In this document: positions 35,419 to 39,296 of the stretch, piece after piece
Numbering within the stretch: position 1 is the stretch's first letter
Layout of the letters: the number at the start of each line of letters is the position of its first letter
Assembly (NCBI GenBank): GCA_038061615.1
Contig: JBBTYY010000063.1
Span: 1-39,296 of the forward strand
Reading direction: 5' to 3'
Length of the DNA: 39,296 bases
Source: Patescibacteria group bacterium
Lineage (GTDB): Bacteria; Patescibacteriota; Microgenomatia; Levybacterales; UBA12049
Translations under genes and position numbers: made by a program
The notes under the pieces: generated by a model
What the model saw: the letters and a program-made list of their open reading frames with translations, nothing else
What the model was told of the DNA's origin: nothing
Databases searched by the model: none

Positions 35419-37088
35419 TATATGCCTACTATTCTAATTGCCTGCGTACCATCTAAATTATAAATAGTTTTTATGGTTGAAGCCCCATTGGAGATTTCTC
35501 CCGGGTTACCTATATACAAGACCCCCTTTCTTAAAGAGTCTTTCTGCCAATCAATGGGTCTAAAGGTATATTTTCCAAAATAATGATGCTCGGCATATTC
35601 CCCGGAACTATTTATACCGATTTTTTGATAATCAGCAGGCGGATATTTTAGATAAAAAAGAAAAAACATATAAGATTGATCCATAGGCGGCTGATTAGAA
35701 ACTACTATTTCTTTATATTTATCTTTAACTAATAAAACTTCATCAACTGTCTGTTGGTACCCATACTGCCAATCCTGAGAATTATAATAATTTTGCTGAA
35801 CAAAGTATTGATTTAAATAATATAAAAAATTAAAAATGAAAAATAAAATACACAAAGAAAATATTAAATATTTAATTTGCATTTTTGATATTTGATATTT
35901 GATATTTGATATTTTTTGCAAAGCAAAAAAGATTCCTATTGCCGTAAGGATCTGAAATGTTGGTAAAAAATTAAGAGTTCTTACCGCGTGAGGAACTCCG
36001 CTTGTTATCGAAGCTGGGATCGGCGCAATTAAAAACCAGGAAAATATAAGTAACTTTGCTTTTTTATCAAATTTGCCAAAAATTAAACCATAGATGCCTA
36101 TAAAAAGGAAAGGAAATTCAAATAAGTACAAAAGTCCCATATTTGGCGCGTGATGCCTTGCTATATCTCCTTTTACAAAAAGCCAGTTTGGGTCAAAGTG
36201 GGAAATATATCCCGCCACTATCGTCTTTGCATATGTTATTCTTCTGTTATCTAAAATTAACCCTAATTTATCGTTATTCAGCCTGTCATGTTCGAGTTTT
36301 TGTATATCTGTTTTTAAAAGCTCTGTCTGGTATGAGAATATACTTGTTCCTGTTACTCTTAAAAGCGCAGCTCTATTGCCCAATATATATAGCGCCATGG
36401 GAGCCACAACAATAATTCCTAAAATAACAGCAGATAAAATATATTTTTTATTAAGAGAAAATAATTTTTTTCTGTAAATTACAACCAATGCAAGAATTAA
36501 AAGCGGAGTAAATACTTTTTCACTCTGGTAAGCATAAATACAAAGACCGGCAAAAAGCGCAGATAAGCTTAACATCCAAGGCTTCTTAAGTCCTTTTAGA
36601 AAAAATAAAACCACCAGAACGTTTAGAGCAACTCCAATATTTGACTCAAATGCAACTCTTGAGAATTGGATAGACCAAGGAGAAATTGCAAAAAGAAAGG
36701 CTGAGGCGAGAGAGAAATAGTCGCGGTACTTATTTTTTTCAAAAATTTCCCTTACAAGAAAAAATACTAATAGAGTTGTTAATGTTCCAATAATTGCAGA
36801 GGGAAGGCGTACGGCAAAAACATCAAGACCGAATATAAGAACCGACGGAACAGTAATATATGCATATAAGGCCGGTTTATAATCATCAAATGACCGAAGT
36901 ACGACCGGCAAGAATTTTCCAAATTCATCTCGCCCTGTTTGCAATATTGAAAAAGCGTTATAACCAAGCGCGGCCTCATCCCAATCAGGCGAAGGCGGTA
37001 TGCCTCCAAGCTGCCAAAGCCTTAGAATTCCTGCTAAGAGAATTATCGCTACTAATAAAACCCAAATAGTTTTTCTGTTTTTAATCAT
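35418..37088 (-). CDS. GT39/PMT/ArnT-family GT-C glycosyltransferase (tandem copy 3)
   Basis: The first loop PPSPDWDEAALGYNAFSILQTGRDEFGKFLPVVLRSFDDYKPALYAYI aligns with the neighbouring paralogue. 556 aa with a C-terminal soluble domain. Confidence 0.75.
   Translation of the reverse strand: MIKNRKTIWVLLVAIILLAGILRLWQLGGIPPSPDWDEAALGYNAFSILQTGRDEFGKFLPVVLRSFDDYKPALYAYITVPSVLIFGLDVFAVRLPSAIIGTLTTLLVFFLVREIFEKNKYRDYFSLASAFLFAISPWSIQFSRVAFESNIGVALNVLVVLFFLKGLKKPWMLSLSALFAGLCIYAYQSEKVFTPLLILALVVIYRKKLFSLNKKYILSAVILGIIVVAPMALYILGNRAALLRVTGTSIFSYQTELLKTDIQKLEHDRLNNDKLGLILDNRRITYAKTIVAGYISHFDPNWLFVKGDIARHHAPNMGLLYLFEFPFLFIGIYGLIFGKFDKKAKLLIFSWFLIAPIPASITSGVPHAVRTLNFLPTFQILTAIGIFFALQKISNIKYQISKMQIKYLIFSLCILFFIFNFLYYLNQYFVQQNYYNSQDWQYGYQQTVDEVLLVKDKYKEIVVSNQPPMDQSYMFFLFYLKYPPADYQKIGINSSGEYAEHHYFGKYTFRPIDWQKDSLRKGVLYIGNPGEISNGASTIKTIYNLDGTQAIRIVGI
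35884..35914. repeat. perfect heptanucleotide tandem repeat (TTTGATA)x4 plus a partial unit, inside CDS 35418..37088
   Basis: tttgata tttgata tttgata tttgata ttt, read directly from the sequence. It encodes KISNIKYQISK on the minus strand. Confidence 0.95.
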
Positions 37089-38712
37089 AAGTATATGCTA
37101 CCAACGCTGGCTGACCATTTAGTAGATAAAAAGTTTTAAGAATCGAAATATTTTTGGGTAAATTGAAGGGTGTATTTACATAAAGGACTTTATTTGTCTG
37201 ACTCAGTGAATAATTGTAATTATCAGGAAATATATACTTGCCAAATTTTTCCACCTTCACAAATCCAAAAGCATCTCTATGGACAACAGCTGTTTTTCTA
37301 AAATCTTGCGGACTTGTTTTAGTATAAAAAAGATAATATATGTATGGTCTCCCAAGCGCGTTTGTCATCTGAATATAATCATAATTACTTTCAACTGATT
37401 TAACATAATCTAGAGACTCTTTATATCCGTACTGCCATTCTCCTGAATAATCATATTTATAGTGAGAAAGGTAATCATGATAAAAATAAGTAAAATTTAT
37501 CAGAAGCAGGAAAAACAATGAGCAAATTATCAGATTTTTATATCGTTTTATCCCTCCTATTAATTGAACAAATCCATACGCTGTGATTATCTGAAAAGTT
37601 GGTAAGGTTGTCTCTATTCTTAATGCATGGGGAGTTTCCCGCGCAAAAGCTGCGGGAATTATACCTATAATTAGCCAAGTAGGAATGATCCACCAGTTTC
37701 CTTCCCTTCTTCTAAAAATAAGAAATGCACCAGCTGTGAAGAAAATAATATCCCATATATACATTTGACCGACGTTTTGAGTAGAAAATTTAGGATTTCC
37801 GTCTCCTCTTATGAATAGGAACGATGGGCTTAAGTTATCAAAATAGTGTTTAAAATATTCCCTTGCAAACAGAACCCTTCTGTTATGAATCAACTTAGAC
37901 CATATAGCGTTATTGTCGTTTTTAATTTCTTGATTAGCTGTTTTTATTATGCTACTATCACTGAAAATATTTACTTCTTTAAATCTTAAACTTGCCTGAG
38001 GCGATAAGAGAAACTGCAGGGTTGGCAAAATAAGAATTATTCCCAAAATAATTGCTAAAAACGTTTCTTTTTTTCTGCTTAGTAATTCTTTTCTAAACGC
38101 AAACGCTAGGATCAATACTATAATTGGAACAACTACCCTTGCAGTATTAAAACTATAGATTGATAAAACGAAAGAAATAGCAGAAAATAATAAAATCCAT
38201 CTTTTACCATGCATCGACAGAAGAAACAACCAAATACCTAAAACAATAAAAAAAGTGGCAACGTTTGCTTCAAAAGCGGCACGGGAAAGCATAATATGCC
38301 AAGGGGAAATTGCAAGTATTAATGCTGACATTAAGGCATAAGATTCTTTTAATTTTGATTTCCAAAAAATTCTTTTGACTAAAAAATAAGTTGAAATAAC
38401 CGTTAATACCCCAAACAAAGCAGAAGGAAATCTAACCGCAAATTCATTTAAACCGAAAATCTTAATAGGAAGAACGTCTAAATAAGCATAAACAGGCGGC
38501 TTAAAATCTCCGAAAGACTCAAGGTAATCAAGAGGCAGAAATCTTCCAAACTCATCTTTCCCTTCAATTCCAATTGAGTAGGCATTATACCCCCAAGCTG
38601 CCTCATCCCACGTAAGACTCGGCGGATTACTGCCCAGCTGATAAAATCTTAAAAAAGCAGCAAGAAAAACTATTGAAAATAGAACTAATTTCCAATTTAA
38701 AAATTTTTTCAT
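37081..38712 (-). CDS. GT39/PMT/ArnT-family GT-C glycosyltransferase (tandem copy 2)
   Basis: PPSLTWDEAAWGYNAYSIGIEGKDEFGRFLPLDYLESFGDFKPPVYAYL. 543 aa. Its stop overlaps the downstream start by 8 nt. Confidence 0.75.
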   Translation of the reverse strand: MKKFLNWKLVLFSIVFLAAFLRFYQLGSNPPSLTWDEAAWGYNAYSIGIEGKDEFGRFLPLDYLESFGDFKPPVYAYLDVLPIKIFGLNEFAVRFPSALFGVLTVISTYFLVKRIFWKSKLKESYALMSALILAISPWHIMLSRAAFEANVATFFIVLGIWLFLLSMHGKRWILLFSAISFVLSIYSFNTARVVVPIIVLILAFAFRKELLSRKKETFLAIILGIILILPTLQFLLSPQASLRFKEVNIFSDSSIIKTANQEIKNDNNAIWSKLIHNRRVLFAREYFKHYFDNLSPSFLFIRGDGNPKFSTQNVGQMYIWDIIFFTAGAFLIFRRREGNWWIIPTWLIIGIIPAAFARETPHALRIETTLPTFQIITAYGFVQLIGGIKRYKNLIICSLFFLLLINFTYFYHDYLSHYKYDYSGEWQYGYKESLDYVKSVESNYDYIQMTNALGRPYIYYLFYTKTSPQDFRKTAVVHRDAFGFVKVEKFGKYIFPDNYNYSLSQTNKVLYVNTPFNLPKNISILKTFYLLNGQPALVAYTYD

Positions 38713-38716
38713 TTAA

Positions 38717-39296
38717 TTAATTCTTATAGATCTTCCACACGGTATGCAAGGGCTCTCCTACTTGAATTATTGACTTTATCGGCTCAGTTGCGGTTTCTTT
38801 GTAACAGTCACCAGGAATTACATACAAAGTATTTGGAGGCAAATGAATTCTTGGGTCAAATGGTTTATTGTATGTTTTTATACAATTGCCAATAAAATAA
38901 ATATTTTTCAGTTTTTTATTTTTATATGCGGCCTGAACTATATCTGGATCTTCACGATTAAAAAGCGCATACTGCATAAGCAATCCGCCTTCATTAGCGA
39001 TATAAACTTGTTTATAGTTGTCTTTCTCTTGCACGATGTATTCACTAACATCTCTTGAACTTCTCAACCATGATTCTGCGCCATAGATATTATATCGATA
39101 ATGATATTGATAGAGATATCCTGTAATTAAAAATGCATATAGTAAAATAAAGGCGCTTGTGAAAATGGCTGAATAAATTTTTTTTATCCTCCCAAGCCTT
39201 ACACACATTTCATATATTCCACATCCTACAATGATAGACAAGAATGGCAACATCATTATGCTTCGCAATCCATATGATTTATCAATGGTAATTGTT
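38717..39296 (-). CDS. C-terminal part of a third tandem GT39-like GT-C glycosyltransferase (5' end off window)
   Basis: The ORF-track start at 39268 is TTG, but the frame stays open to the window end (..TITIDKSYGLRSIMMLPFLSIIVGCGIY). This stretch aligns with HALRIETTLPTFQIITAYGF of the neighbouring paralogue, and the following C-terminal domain is colinear. Confidence 0.65.
   Translation of the reverse strand, partial: TITIDKSYGLRSIMMLPFLSIIVGCGIYEMCVRLGRIKKIYSAIFTSAFILLYAFLITGYLYQYHYRYNIYGAESWLRSSRDVSEYIVQEKDNYKQVYIANEGGLLMQYALFNREDPDIVQAAYKNKKLKNIYFIGNCIKTYNKPFDPRIHLPPNTLYVIPGDCYKETATEPIKSIIQVGEPLHTVWKIYKN

Noticed and set aside
1-39296. Alternative genetic code (UGA reassigned, code 4 or 25), as in some candidate phyla and Mollicutes.
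   Set aside because: TGA terminates well-supported genes (stops at 12442, 21353 and 30332, each in an ATGA overlap). All long ORFs are intact under the standard code.
1-39296. Mobile elements, prophage, CRISPR arrays, tRNA/rRNA genes and defence systems.
   Set aside because: I found no transposase, integrase, nuclease or ATPase-like translations and no spaced direct-repeat arrays. The only GC-rich structured segment is the in-frame palindrome. The intergenic space is too small to hold such features.

Overview
The window is visibly AT-rich (composition not computed) and extremely gene-dense. I call 36 CDS, 33 of them on the minus strand. Most are joined by 1-35 nt start/stop overlaps (ATGA or TAATG). 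I found no rRNA, tRNA, CRISPR array, transposase or integrase.

Essentially the whole 39 kb is one cell-envelope glycosylation super-locus:
- 13 candidate GT-C-type polytopic membrane glycosyltransferases of several sequence types, two of them cut by the window edges. They include a tandem triplet of GT39/PMT/ArnT-like genes, a YfhO-like paralogue pair, an AftD/DUF3367-like protein and a GT87/MptB-like protein.
- 8 soluble Leloir glycosyltransferases: 4 GT2 and 4 GT-B/GT4-like.
- One Wzx-like flippase and one polyprenyl-phosphate-sugar-synthase-like GT2.
- Nucleotide-sugar enzymes: GalE, a protein that aligns closely with GDP-mannose 3,5-epimerase as I recall it, two further extended SDRs, an RmlC-like cupin, a DegT aminotransferase and a PglD/NeuD-like N-acetyltransferase.
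- Tailoring enzymes: three methyltransferases, a hexapeptide O-acyltransferase and a membrane-anchored SGNH hydrolase.

Gene content, the DUF5667-like exported protein and the GT39 arrays suggest an uncultivated low-GC bacterium of the CPR/Patescibacteria (Microgenomates-like) type. This is inference only, and a DPANN archaeon is not excluded. TGA is used as a stop codon, so the genetic code is standard (code 11).

Sequence-level oddities:
- a 42-nt GC-rich imperfect palindrome inserted in frame in a GT4 gene;
- a perfect 4-copy heptanucleotide tandem repeat inside a GT39-like CDS, plus two degenerate heptamer arrays in other glycosyltransferase genes;
- phased direct repeats in one of the few real intergenic gaps;
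- -10-like boxes placed so that all three plus-strand genes would be leaderless or nearly so, with no recognisable Shine-Dalgarno sequences at the starts I checked.
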